From the NCBI GenBank assembly GCA_040756875.1, contig JBFLYH010000001.1, positions 512,001 to 576,000 on the forward strand: DNA of 64,000 bases, in the 5' to 3' direction. Shown piece after piece: positions 7,754 through 17,262 of this stretch (position 1 is its first letter; every line of letters begins with the position of its first letter). Below the pieces are notes generated by a model, which searched no databases, was not told the DNA's origin, and saw nothing but the letters and a program-made list of their open reading frames with translations. Both the position numbers and the translations under genes were made by a program. This stretch comes from a candidate division FCPU426 bacterium. Its GTDB lineage: Bacteria; Oederibacteriota; JAAXVQ01; JAUVAV01.

Positions 7754-9975
7754 GACGCCGCTTGTTTGCCATCCTGCTGGCAGGAAGCCTGATGACTTCG
7801 TCGACATGGTGCTTGGCCGGCGAAGGAACCACCGGGGCGGATTTTCTAAGGCTGGTTCCGGGCGCGCGGGCCGCGGCCCTGGCTGGCAGTTATTCCGCCT
7901 TGGGCCTGGATGCGGAATCAATGTTTGCAAATCCGGCGGGGATCCTGGGGCTGCTGAACCCGCAAGTGGGCGTGAGTCATTTATCCTGGTGGGAAGGCAT
8001 TACCTACGACGCATTGTGGGGCGTGCAACCCTTGGGAGAAGCAGGCGCTATCGGATTGTCCGCCGCCTGGCTGAATGTCGCCCCCTTCAACAGCACCGAA
8101 GACCCGGCAGCCCCTGCAGGCCAGGCGTGGAACATCCTTTGCGGCGGAAGCTATGCCTATAAATTCGGCCGTTCCCTGGCTTGCGGCGCACAACTCAAGG
8201 CGCTTTTGTCACGGCTGGGCGATTCCCAATCATGGGGTGTAGCGTTGGACGCAGGCGCCCAGTATTTTCTCAGCAATGATCAATTGGTATTCTCCGGCGT
8301 TGTCAGGGAAGTGGGGATCATGGCACCCTTCCAAGCGGTTGCGGACCCGCTGCCCCTGGCAGGGATTGTCGGCCTGGGATACCTATTGTGGCCTGACGAA
8401 CCCTGGCGGTTGTCCCTGTCCGCGGAGAGCGTTTTTTCGCCGGCCGGGAAACCCGCCTTCAGCTTGGGAGTGGAGGGTTGGGCGGAGAATTTTCTGGCTT
8501 TGCGGGCTGGTGTCAAATCCGATCAAGATTCCGGGGACTGGCTGACGCTCGGAGCGGGGCTGCGTTGGCAGGGCGTGCATCTGGATTATGCGTTGACACC
8601 CTTGGGCGGCATGGGTTTAGTGCACCGCTTTTCACTGGCGTATGATTTCGGCAGCCAGCGGCGGTTGGCCAGGCCCAAACTTAAAGTCGTGATGAGCGTG
8701 CGGGAATTCGTTTATCCGGACGGTGATCCTGGATATAACGTCCAATTGGTGCCGACCGCTGTGGTCGCTTCTGGACTCGACCACTGGGACGCCTTGATTC
8801 AGGAGACAGCCACGAAACGCGTGGTGTACCGGGCCAGCGGCGAGAAACAGCTTCCGATGGCTTTGACCTGGAAAGGGGTGGACGAAGCCGGCAAACGCGT
8901 GAATGTGGAAGGATATTACCTATATCAAATGCGGGTGGTGGACCAGCAGGGTTACGTTGCAAAAGTTGAGGGTGAAATCCTGCCCATTTCGATCACGGCG
9001 CTTCCCAAACTTAAAGCGTCGCCGAGGGATATTTTTGCCGGTCAAGTTACTTTCCGCCCCAAAACCAGCGAGGATTTGCAGGAGTGGTCCATCGAAATCG
9101 TCGACGCCAACGGCCGTGTGCTTAAACGTTACCTGGGTCAGGGAACCATTCCCAAGGATTTTGCCTGGGACGGCACCGATGAAAAACAGAGACAGGTAGC
9201 GGTGAAGACCGGTTATCATTTCGTCCTTAAAGTCAGGGACCGTCAGAACAATGAAATGAGGAGCGCGTCGCCTCTGATCGTGATCGATGCAGGCACCAAG
9301 GCTTTCACCGATCAGCCCGCGACCCTGGACGAACAGGTCCCGTTTCATTTCGAACCCACGGATATCAAGATCAAACGCTGGGTTTTCAACATCCTCGACA
9401 CGGGCAGCGGCAAAATCGTCCGCACCTACGAAGGCACGGCGCCTTTGCCTGAAACCTTGGTTTGGGATTCCAAGGATGAACAGGGCCGGCGTGTGTCTTC
9501 GCGTGAACAGTACAGCTACGTCCTGCAAATGCAGGACTCTCTCGGCAACGTTTGGCAGCAGGCCGCACCCATTCACGCCACGGCGGTTCGCGTGTTAACT
9601 TCTGCCGGCGCGGGCCCGGCGCTGAAGGTGGAGGAAATTCTTTTCGACTTCAACCAGGCCGAGCTTAAAACCGCGGTATTCGAAAAACTCCGCAAAATTG
9701 CGGATTTGGTCCGGTCCCATTCGGGCAAAGGCGTCCAGGTGATGATTGAGGGACATACGGATGAAATCGGCACGGACGCCTACAACAAGGAATTGTCACT
9801 GAAACGAGCGAAAATGGTGATGCGTTACCTGGTGGAGGATGAAGCCCTGCCGTCATCTTTGATGCAGACTCAGGGCTATGGCAAGAGCAGGCTGATCTAT
9901 ACTGGCGATGCGCCCGATAAGCGGGCGAAAAACCGGCGGGTGGAAGTGACCCTGTTTCTGCCCGGCGAGCAATAA
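7750..9975 (+). CDS. PorV/PorQ-like beta-barrel + three FlgD-Ig-like repeats + canonical OmpA domain
   Basis: GADFLRLVPGARAAALAG...NPAG PorV-type N-terminus; LDYALTPLGGMGLVHRFSL barrel end; repeated WDG/WKG modules; IEGHTD...NKELSLKRA...KNRRVEV; ATGA overlap with the upstream gene. Confidence 0.8.
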   Translation: MRRRLFAILLAGSLMTSSTWCLAGEGTTGADFLRLVPGARAAALAGSYSALGLDAESMFANPAGILGLLNPQVGVSHLSWWEGITYDALWGVQPLGEAGAIGLSAAWLNVAPFNSTEDPAAPAGQAWNILCGGSYAYKFGRSLACGAQLKALLSRLGDSQSWGVALDAGAQYFLSNDQLVFSGVVREVGIMAPFQAVADPLPLAGIVGLGYLLWPDEPWRLSLSAESVFSPAGKPAFSLGVEGWAENFLALRAGVKSDQDSGDWLTLGAGLRWQGVHLDYALTPLGGMGLVHRFSLAYDFGSQRRLARPKLKVVMSVREFVYPDGDPGYNVQLVPTAVVASGLDHWDALIQETATKRVVYRASGEKQLPMALTWKGVDEAGKRVNVEGYYLYQMRVVDQQGYVAKVEGEILPISITALPKLKASPRDIFAGQVTFRPKTSEDLQEWSIEIVDANGRVLKRYLGQGTIPKDFAWDGTDEKQRQVAVKTGYHFVLKVRDRQNNEMRSASPLIVIDAGTKAFTDQPATLDEQVPFHFEPTDIKIKRWVFNILDTGSGKIVRTYEGTAPLPETLVWDSKDEQGRRVSSREQYSYVLQMQDSLGNVWQQAAPIHATAVRVLTSAGAGPALKVEEILFDFNQAELKTAVFEKLRKIADLVRSHSGKGVQVMIEGHTDEIGTDAYNKELSLKRAKMVMRYLVEDEALPSSLMQTQGYGKSRLIYTGDAPDKRAKNRRVEVTLFLPGEQ

Positions 9976-10021
9976 GCGATATTGGCGCTTTCGGATTTTC
10001 CGCGGAGCGCAAGAATTTCAC

Positions 10022-10051
10022 TTGCGGCGTTTTCGATCCGGTCAGTATAAT
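10022..10051 (+). promoter_or_regulatory. Putative sigma70 promoter for accA
   Basis: TTGCGG-N18-TATAAT. Confidence 0.45.
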
Positions 10052-10089
10052 AGCACCCTGCCAACACTGGATTTGTTTAGGAGACGAGC

Positions 10090-11127
10090 ATGGTCATTGA
10101 CGGGGGTTTGGAATTCGAACGGCCATTAGTGGAACTGGAGCGGCGGATTGAAGAATTGCGCAGCTTCACGAACGGCCAACAATTGAATTTGGACCAGGAA
10201 CTGGCCCAAATGGAGGAACGCGCACGTAAACTGCGGGAGGAAATTTACTCCAACCTGAGTCCCTGGCAGATTGTCCAGGTCAGCCGGCATCCCCAGCGGC
10301 CGCATACCCTGGATTACATCCAGAATATCTTTACGAATTTCCAGGAACTGCACGGAGACCGGGCTTTCATCGACGACCGTGCCATGGTCGGCGGAGTCGC
10401 CTGGCTTGACGACCGCCCTTGCGTGGTCATGGGCACGCAGAAGGGCAAGGATACTAAAGAGAACCTCATCCATAATTTCGGCCTGCCGCTTCCTGAGGGG
10501 TATCGTAAAGCGTTGCGCCTGATGAAATTCGCGGAAAAATTCCAGTTGCCGGTCATCACCTTCGTCGATACGGCCGGGGCTTTTCCGGGCATGGAAGGCG
10601 AAGAACGCGGCGTGGCCGAAGCCATTGCCAGGAATTTGCGCGAAATGTCCATTCTCCGCACCCCCATCCTCGTGGTTGTCATTGGGGAAGGAGGCAGCGG
10701 AGGGGCGCTGGGCATCGGCGTGGGAGATACCGTGCTGATGTTATCCAACGCCATGTACACGGTTATCACACCTGAAGGGTGCGCGGCCATTTTGTGGAAA
10801 GACCGGGCTGAGGCCCCGAAGGCGGCGGAAATTCTAAAACTGACGGCACCTCATTTAAAAAGCCTGGACATTATCGACGAGATCATCGAGGAACCCCTGG
10901 GCGGGGCGCACCGCGAGCCGAAAATAGTCACTGAACGCGTCAAACTCAAGCTTGTAGAACATATGGAACGGTTGTCCCGGATCCCATCGGAGCAGTTGTT
11001 GGAGTTGCGTTATCAGAAATACCGTCGCATGGGGTTTCTGCAATCCACGGAACCGCTCCCAGAAACTGGTGAGGGGTCATCGCCAGGCCAGGAGTCAACC
11101 GCTGCCATCAATCATGCCCAATCCTAA
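10090..11127 (+). CDS. accA: Acetyl-CoA carboxylase carboxyltransferase alpha subunit
   Basis: LEFERP, RHPQRP, FQELHGDR, PEGYRKALRLM, GEGGSGGALG. Confidence 0.97.
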   Translation: MVIDGGLEFERPLVELERRIEELRSFTNGQQLNLDQELAQMEERARKLREEIYSNLSPWQIVQVSRHPQRPHTLDYIQNIFTNFQELHGDRAFIDDRAMVGGVAWLDDRPCVVMGTQKGKDTKENLIHNFGLPLPEGYRKALRLMKFAEKFQLPVITFVDTAGAFPGMEGEERGVAEAIARNLREMSILRTPILVVVIGEGGSGGALGIGVGDTVLMLSNAMYTVITPEGCAAILWKDRAEAPKAAEILKLTAPHLKSLDIIDEIIEEPLGGAHREPKIVTERVKLKLVEHMERLSRIPSEQLLELRYQKYRRMGFLQSTEPLPETGEGSSPGQESTAAINHAQS

Positions 11128-11878
11128 ATCGCTTTACAGCCCTTCTCATCACAACCACATCCCGTTGTCCAGCCTGTTCGCTTTGAATGTAATGCTTTGT
11201 CTAGTTTTCTGGTCTTTTTCTCCTGCTGCCCATTCGGCCGATCCGGCGGAAGTCGGAGACCAAAAAATGGTTATTGTCATCGACCCGGGACACGGTGGAC
11301 GGGATTCTGGAATCGAAAGCCAACCGGCTGATCCCTGGAGCGAAAAAGTCCTGATGATGGAACTGGCCCGCACCCTTGAAAACCGTCTGGAAAAGAAGGG
11401 ATTCCAGGTTTTTTTAACGCGCACCGGGGACGAATCCTGTTCACTTCTAGAACGGATGAGCCTGGCCAACCGGAAAAATGCCACAGTGTTTATCAGCTTG
11501 CATGTGGGCGATCGCCTGGGGAACCGAAATCCACCTGCGAGGTTTTTTATTCATCGCGTGCCGACATACAAGGAAAAATCCGCGTCCTTGAACAAGGGAC
11601 GGCTGGTGGCGTGGGAGACTGCGCAGCAAAATCTCAAACTGCAAAGCCGCAAAGTAGCCGAAGCCTTGCGCGCGGCCTGGGAAGGGCAGACGGCGGAAAT
11701 AATTGAAATACCCATGGCTGTTCTGGTCGGTGTCAATCATCCGGCGGTTTTGGCGGAATTACCTCCGCCCGGCGGCGGGAAACAGGAGAAAAAACCAGGC
11801 CCGGAAGTCTGGCGGAGTGAGGCCGAGCGCTTGGCCAGCGGGATTGAGCGGTATCTGTCAAGCCGGGGGAACAAATGA
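11114..11878 (+). CDS. N-acetylmuramoyl-L-alanine amidase (Amidase_3)
   Basis: IVIDPGHGGRDSG, SEK, LTRTGD, FISLH, PAVLAE; start uncertain. Confidence 0.85.
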   Translation: MPNPKSLYSPSHHNHIPLSSLFALNVMLCLVFWSFSPAAHSADPAEVGDQKMVIVIDPGHGGRDSGIESQPADPWSEKVLMMELARTLENRLEKKGFQVFLTRTGDESCSLLERMSLANRKNATVFISLHVGDRLGNRNPPARFFIHRVPTYKEKSASLNKGRLVAWETAQQNLKLQSRKVAEALRAAWEGQTAEIIEIPMAVLVGVNHPAVLAELPPPGGGKQEKKPGPEVWRSEAERLASGIERYLSSRGNK

Positions 11879-12435
11879 CGACCAAACACCGCTCTGAATG
11901 GATTCCTTCGGTTTTGGCAGTGACCGGGGTGGCTGTTTTGGCTGCTCTGGGTTGGTGGTTTGTCAGCTGGTCAGGTCAATCTCGACTTGGATCGGCGAAC
12001 GCGCCGGGAGATTCACCGCTGCGAACGGCCAAACTCTTTTTCGCGCTGGATAATCCGCGTCATTTCAAGGAAACGTCGGTTCGCATTCCGACGTCGGAGC
12101 TACTGCGTGTTCGGGTCAAACAACTGCTGGAGCAATTTGGCCCGGAGGCGGCGAATTCGCCCTTCGGAAACCTTCCGCTGCCGTCGAAAGTGCGCGCGGT
12201 CTATCTGCGGGGTAGTGGAATGCTGGTGGTTGACTTTGAAAAAACCGTCCAGTATAATCAATCCGTCAGCGCCCAGGAAGAACTTGCGGCTGTTCGTTCG
12301 CTGTTGAAAACCTTGGTGATGAATTTTCCCGAAGTCAAGGCCGTGAAATTCTTAATCGGTGGGCAGGAAGCGGAAGCGCTGGCCGGTCATGTGGATATTT
12401 CCAGAGCATTGTGCTTGGATGATGTCACTTGGTAG
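11875..12435 (+). CDS. GerMN-domain membrane-anchored protein
   Basis: N-terminal TM helix; VVDF...E..AVRSLLKTL..NFPEVKAVKFLIGG...LAGHVD; typical neighbour of the amidase. Confidence 0.8.
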   Translation: MTTKHRSEWIPSVLAVTGVAVLAALGWWFVSWSGQSRLGSANAPGDSPLRTAKLFFALDNPRHFKETSVRIPTSELLRVRVKQLLEQFGPEAANSPFGNLPLPSKVRAVYLRGSGMLVVDFEKTVQYNQSVSAQEELAAVRSLLKTLVMNFPEVKAVKFLIGGQEAEALAGHVDISRALCLDDVTW

Positions 12436-12463
12436 CTTTCATCACTGAGAGGGGACTACCGGT

Positions 12464-12913
12464 ATGAGCCCAACCACGAAAATCACGCCTGCGCAGACGG
12501 CGGGCCAGAAGCCAAGCGGATGCCTGCCTGGCGCGGCCATCCTGGCTTTATTGCTGCTGATTCTAATGGTGGCCGCAGCCCTCAGCCTGTATATGAAACC
12601 CACAAATGTGTTAAAGTATGGCTTGGTGACAGCGTTGAATGAAACCGAGACCCGCCTGGCCAGGGAAAAAACCCTTTCACCCGAGCAATATCAGGAATTG
12701 AGAGTTTACGTGACAGCGGCCCAATCCTTTATCGCCAATCAGAAACTCGACCGGCCAAACCTGATGCGCGCCAGCCTGGTCATCAAAGCCTTTCGCCAAG
12801 CCTTGCGTGATAACGTGATTGACCGCGACGAACTGGCGGCCATTCGCGCGGCTGTTTGGCGGGCGAATATACCCTTGCCCGTTAAACCCAGGAACGCACC
12901 GCCAAAACGCTGA
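12464..12913 (+). CDS. Hypothetical single-TM protein
   Basis: SD GAGGGG; hydrophobic N-terminal helix. Confidence 0.65.
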   Translation: MSPTTKITPAQTAGQKPSGCLPGAAILALLLLILMVAAALSLYMKPTNVLKYGLVTALNETETRLAREKTLSPEQYQELRVYVTAAQSFIANQKLDRPNLMRASLVIKAFRQALRDNVIDRDELAAIRAAVWRANIPLPVKPRNAPPKR

Positions 12914-12932
12914 TTCGTCCATTGGAAAAATC

Positions 12933-13007
<75 letters not shown>

Positions 13008-13141
13008 TCTGCTCCTTCCATAAAATTCCTGGGCTTCAGTCCGGGGATGGTATTATGGAATGTTGTTTTATTGCGGAAGAAAGCCCGGAAATTTTGTCGG
13101 GGAGGCTTCCGCTCATCATCTGGAAGGGACGATCGACGGCA

Positions 13142-13663
13142 GTGAAACATTTTCGGCGGTTGTTGGTCATTTTGCTGGTCATGCACGTTGCACCGCTTAT
13201 TCCAGCTTCGATTTGTGAGGCGAAGAAAAAGGCCCGTTATTCCGTCAAACCGGACGAGGTTCAGACCGTTCAGGCCGACACCCACCGGCGGCAATGGGGA
13301 ATGGGATTGATCATCGGCGATCCCACGGGGGTCACCGTGAAGTACTGGCTGGATCGGCGCATGGCTTGGGATTTTGCCCTGGGTTCGCAGCTTTCCTTGG
13401 CGGGCGTAGGGGTCCATGCGGATTATTTATTCCACCTGCCGGTGATCACCGATACTCCCGAAGCGCCCTTATTCATCGGCGGCGGGGCTTTTCTGGGCGC
13501 AGGCGGCAACCAGGTGGCTGCCGGGCTTCGCGGCGTGGTAGGCATGACGTACATTTTTTCCGAACCCTTTGATATATTTATGCAGCTTTCTCCCACCTTG
13601 GCGATTTCCCCGGATTTCAATTTTTATTTTACTTTTTCGATCGGCGGGCGGGTCTATTTATAA
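13142..13663 (+). CDS. Small outer-membrane beta-barrel-like protein (DUF3996-like)
   Basis: Signal peptide from GTG13142; GMGLIIGDPTGVTVKYW, VHADYLFH; ends GGRVYL. Confidence 0.65.
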   Translation: MKHFRRLLVILLVMHVAPLIPASICEAKKKARYSVKPDEVQTVQADTHRRQWGMGLIIGDPTGVTVKYWLDRRMAWDFALGSQLSLAGVGVHADYLFHLPVITDTPEAPLFIGGGAFLGAGGNQVAAGLRGVVGMTYIFSEPFDIFMQLSPTLAISPDFNFYFTFSIGGRVYL

Positions 13664-13846
13664 CCGCATGAGCACACTGGCTTCTCGCGGCCTCCCGTGA
13701 ACCCTTCCTGACTGTAAAAAAAAATCCCCCCGAAGTAAAAAAAATATTTACCACGTAAGTCAATCGCGTTAGAATATCGGCAAGTTCCCCCCCGAGGGAG
13801 CGCGCGCCGGATTACCGGCGAATCATTCGGAGGAGGTGAGATCGAG

Positions 13847-14227
13847 GTGAAGGCTCTGGGTCGGCACATACTGCTGGAGCTTCACGAATGCGACAGCAAG
13901 ATTCTACAGGATCATGAGCAAATCGAACAAATAATGAAGGGGGCTGCGCTGGCGGCAAGAGCCACGATTGTCAAGTCGGTGTTTCACCATTTCAATCCAT
14001 ATGGTGTAAGCGGCGTCGTGGTCATCGCGGAGTCCCATTTGTCGATTCATACCTGGCCTGAGCACGGGTACGCGGCGCTGGACTTCTTTACCTGCGGCGA
14101 TGAAGTGGATCCGTGGGTTGCCCACCATTATGTCGCGGAACGTTTGGGAGCAAAACGGCGTACATCCATTGAAATGAAGCGAGGTATTTTCGACCGGCCG
14201 GTATTAAAGCACAAAATCGAAGCCTAG
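13847..14227 (+). CDS. speD: S-adenosylmethionine decarboxylase proenzyme
   Basis: LGRHIL, GVSGVVVIAESHLSIHTWPEHGYAALDFFTCG. Confidence 0.95.
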   Translation: MKALGRHILLELHECDSKILQDHEQIEQIMKGAALAARATIVKSVFHHFNPYGVSGVVVIAESHLSIHTWPEHGYAALDFFTCGDEVDPWVAHHYVAERLGAKRRTSIEMKRGIFDRPVLKHKIEA

Positions 14228-14328
14228 GCCGCGATTCCCAAACGAAAACGACCTGGCAGAGGTTGTCGAATGCAGAACTCGTCCTTTCGGGGCGCGGGTT
14301 CTGCATTCCCATTTTTGAGGGGCGGAAG

Positions 14329-15246
14329 ATGCAAATTTTTAATGATCGTCTCTTTATAGAAATGTACTCGGAAAACGAAGGGCACCTGCACGGATTTCGG
14401 CGCGTGCTGGTGACCGGGCAAACCGCCTACCAGCAGGTGGAGATCGTCGACACCTACGAATACGGGCGCTGCCTGCTGCTTGATGGCAAAATGCAGTCCG
14501 GCCAGGTGGATGAGCATATCTATCACGAACTGCTGGTACATCCCGCGATGGTGGCCCATCCATTGCCCAAACGGATACTCATTATCGGCGGCGGGGAAGG
14601 CGCGACACTGCGCGAAGTGTTGCGCCACGGCTCGGTTGAACGGGTGGACATGCTGGAAATCGACGAAAAAGTGGTGGAGTTCGCTAAACGCCATTTGTCA
14701 GAATGGCACCGCGGAGCGTTCGATGATCCCAGGCTGCGTTTGATTGTCGGCGACGGCAGGCGGTTTGTGCAGGAAACCGCCGAGCAATACGATGTGGTCC
14801 TCATCGACGCCTCGGATCCGTCCTATGACGGGCCGGCCTACCTGCTGTATACCCGGCAGTTTTACCAGGAGGTAGCCAAACGGCTGTCGCCCGCCGGAAT
14901 CGTCGCTACGCAGGCCGGGGCCGCCAGTCCCACCTGCGGAGAAATCATGGCTTCGATTCACACCACTCTGGGAAAGGCCTTCCCGGTGGTCAGAGCGCAC
15001 GAGGCGTTCATCCCCTCGTTTGGCTATCCCTGGGGATTCTGCCTGGGCTCAATGCAATCGGATCCCGCACGGCTCGCACCGGCCGAAGTGGATCGCCGGT
15101 TGAACGAACGCGGCGTTCAGGAACTCAAGGCTTTCGATGGCACGACGCACTGCCGCCAGTTTATGCCCGATAAAACGCTGCGGACCATGCTGGCAAGCCA
15201 GGGCAGGCTGATTAAAGATCAGCAACCCATTTACACACCGATTTAG
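14329..15246 (+). CDS. speE: Polyamine aminopropyltransferase (spermidine synthase family)
   Basis: LLLDGKMQS, YHELLVHPAM, LIIGGGEGATLREV, YDVVLID; SD GAGGGG before ATG14329. Confidence 0.93.
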   Translation: MQIFNDRLFIEMYSENEGHLHGFRRVLVTGQTAYQQVEIVDTYEYGRCLLLDGKMQSGQVDEHIYHELLVHPAMVAHPLPKRILIIGGGEGATLREVLRHGSVERVDMLEIDEKVVEFAKRHLSEWHRGAFDDPRLRLIVGDGRRFVQETAEQYDVVLIDASDPSYDGPAYLLYTRQFYQEVAKRLSPAGIVATQAGAASPTCGEIMASIHTTLGKAFPVVRAHEAFIPSFGYPWGFCLGSMQSDPARLAPAEVDRRLNERGVQELKAFDGTTHCRQFMPDKTLRTMLASQGRLIKDQQPIYTPI

Positions 15247-15266
15247 GGAACGAGGTGGAAGGAAAG

Positions 15267-16802
15267 ATGGCGGAACTTCCGGTACTTAATCAGCAGTCCA
15301 CGCCCCTGTTCGAAGCGGTCATTAATTACGCCAAAGGACGGAAAATATCCTTCCATACCCCCGGGCACAAACACGGTGTTTCCATTCCGCAGGAGTTCCG
15401 GAATTTCGTTGGGGAAAAGATATTCGATTGCGACCTCACGCTGCTGGAGGAAGTGGATTCCCTGCACGAACCGAAGAGCGTGATCCGGGAGGCGCAAAGA
15501 CTGGCGGCGCAGGCCTACGGCGCGGATTACGCTTTTTTCCTGGTCAACGGGACTTCGGGCGGGAACCATGCCATGCTGCTTTCGGTTTGCGATCCCGGCG
15601 ACAAAATCATCATCCCGCGCAACGTGCATCGCTCAGTTCTGGCGGGAATCATTTTTTCAGGCGCCATTCCGATTTATATCATGCCGGAGCGGGACGAGGA
15701 CCGGAATCAAATGCTGAACGTTACGCCTGAAGCCGTGGATCGCGCCATCCAGCGCCATCCCGACGCCAAGGCCGTGCTGGTAACGCATCCAACCTACCAG
15801 GGCATCGGCGCCAATCTGCGTGAAATTTCACGCCTGGCCAAACGCGCCAAAATGCAGTTTCTGGTCGATGAAGCCCACGGCCCCCACCTGAAATTCCATC
15901 CGGATTTGCCCCCTGCGGCAATGGACTGCGGGGCGGATATATGCGTGCAAAGCACGCACAAAATCATCAGCAGCCTGACACAGGCCTCCCTGTTGCTGGC
16001 CCGCCGCTCGGTGGATGTCCTCAAGCTGAAGCGCATTCTTTCTTTGCTCATGACCACCAGCCCGTCCTACCTGCTTTTAGCCTCGCTGGATCTGGCGCGG
16101 ATGCAGATGGCTACCCGGGGAAGGGAATTGCTGAATGTAGCCATTATGCTGGCCGAAGATGCCCGCCAGCGCATCAATGCTTTGCCGGGGATGACGTGCC
16201 AGGGCAAGGAAATGGCGGGGCGACCGGGCGTGCACGCGGTCGATGTGACCAAACTGTGCATTAATGTGAGCGGAACGGGATTCACAGGCTTCGAAGTTGC
16301 CAAACAATTGAATGAAAAATTTAAAATTCAGGTTGAATTCGCCGATCTTGATACGATACTATTGATCGTTTCGATCGGGAATACGGAAAAAGATATTTCG
16401 CGACTGATCCTTGCGCTGGAGTCGATAGCCAAAGACGCCCAGGGCACGCCCCACGCGTCACGCAAGGAACATCTCCGCTTCCCGGAGGAATTGCCGGAAG
16501 TGGTGATGACCCCGCGCGAAGCGGTTTTTTCGGCGACTAAAAAAGTTTCCCTGAAAGCCGCGGTCGGCCAGATCAGCGCCGAGGTTTTTTCGCCCTACCC
16601 GCCGGGAATTCCGTTGTTAAACCCCGGCGAACGAATTTCGGGAGAAATTCTGCACTACCTCAAGGAACTTCACAACCGGGGCGGACGGGTCCAGGGCCAA
16701 TCGGACCCGGAGCTGCGGACGATCAAGGTGGTGGAACCCGGGCTGAAAGAAACGGCCGCAGAAGCGGAGTTGAGAAAAGCCAAACAACCCTCGCTGTGGT
16801 GA
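15267..16802 (+). CDS. PLP-dependent Orn/Lys/Arg decarboxylase (likely arginine decarboxylase)
   Basis: FHTPGHK, FLVNGTSGGN, RNVHRS, VDEAHG, QSTHK (PLP lysine), TTSPSY, PYPPGIP. Confidence 0.92.
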   Translation: MAELPVLNQQSTPLFEAVINYAKGRKISFHTPGHKHGVSIPQEFRNFVGEKIFDCDLTLLEEVDSLHEPKSVIREAQRLAAQAYGADYAFFLVNGTSGGNHAMLLSVCDPGDKIIIPRNVHRSVLAGIIFSGAIPIYIMPERDEDRNQMLNVTPEAVDRAIQRHPDAKAVLVTHPTYQGIGANLREISRLAKRAKMQFLVDEAHGPHLKFHPDLPPAAMDCGADICVQSTHKIISSLTQASLLLARRSVDVLKLKRILSLLMTTSPSYLLLASLDLARMQMATRGRELLNVAIMLAEDARQRINALPGMTCQGKEMAGRPGVHAVDVTKLCINVSGTGFTGFEVAKQLNEKFKIQVEFADLDTILLIVSIGNTEKDISRLILALESIAKDAQGTPHASRKEHLRFPEELPEVVMTPREAVFSATKKVSLKAAVGQISAEVFSPYPPGIPLLNPGERISGEILHYLKELHNRGGRVQGQSDPELRTIKVVEPGLKETAAEAELRKAKQPSLW

Positions 16803-16856
16803 GGAGATGCCGAATACCCGCTGGGTATGATTTCGTCAAGAAAGTTGGTGCAGTGA

Positions 16857-17249
16857 ATGAAAAAAAACCAGATCGATTACTTTCGGAAAATTCTGCAGAC
16901 TCAAAAGCAAAATTTGCTCGCCAAGGTCAAGAACAGCGTCGACATGAACAGAGAGGAAGCTTCGGATGAAGTCCGCGATGCCGCCGATTTTGCCTCGGAT
17001 TTTTACGAGCGCGAATTGGCCATGGGTTTGACCGAAACCGAACGTGTGCGTTTGCAGGAAGTGGAAGAGGCGTTGGACCGCCTCGAAAGCGGGAAATACG
17101 GCAAATGCGAAACCTGCGGCAATCTGATTTCCACCTCGCGCCTGGAAGCGCTGCCGTTTGCCCGGCTATGCATTGAATGCAAATCGAAGGAAGAGAAGCT
17201 CAATAACAATAACAACAGCCAGTTGAATAATAATAGCACCGGGTTCTGA
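16857..17249 (+). CDS. dksA: DksA/TraR family C4 zinc-finger protein
   Basis: Coiled-coil tip DAADFA (DxxDxA); YGKCETCG...RLEALPFARLCIECK. Confidence 0.85.
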   Translation: MKKNQIDYFRKILQTQKQNLLAKVKNSVDMNREEASDEVRDAADFASDFYERELAMGLTETERVRLQEVEEALDRLESGKYGKCETCGNLISTSRLEALPFARLCIECKSKEEKLNNNNNSQLNNNSTGF

Positions 17250-17262
17250 ATGGGAGCGGCTC

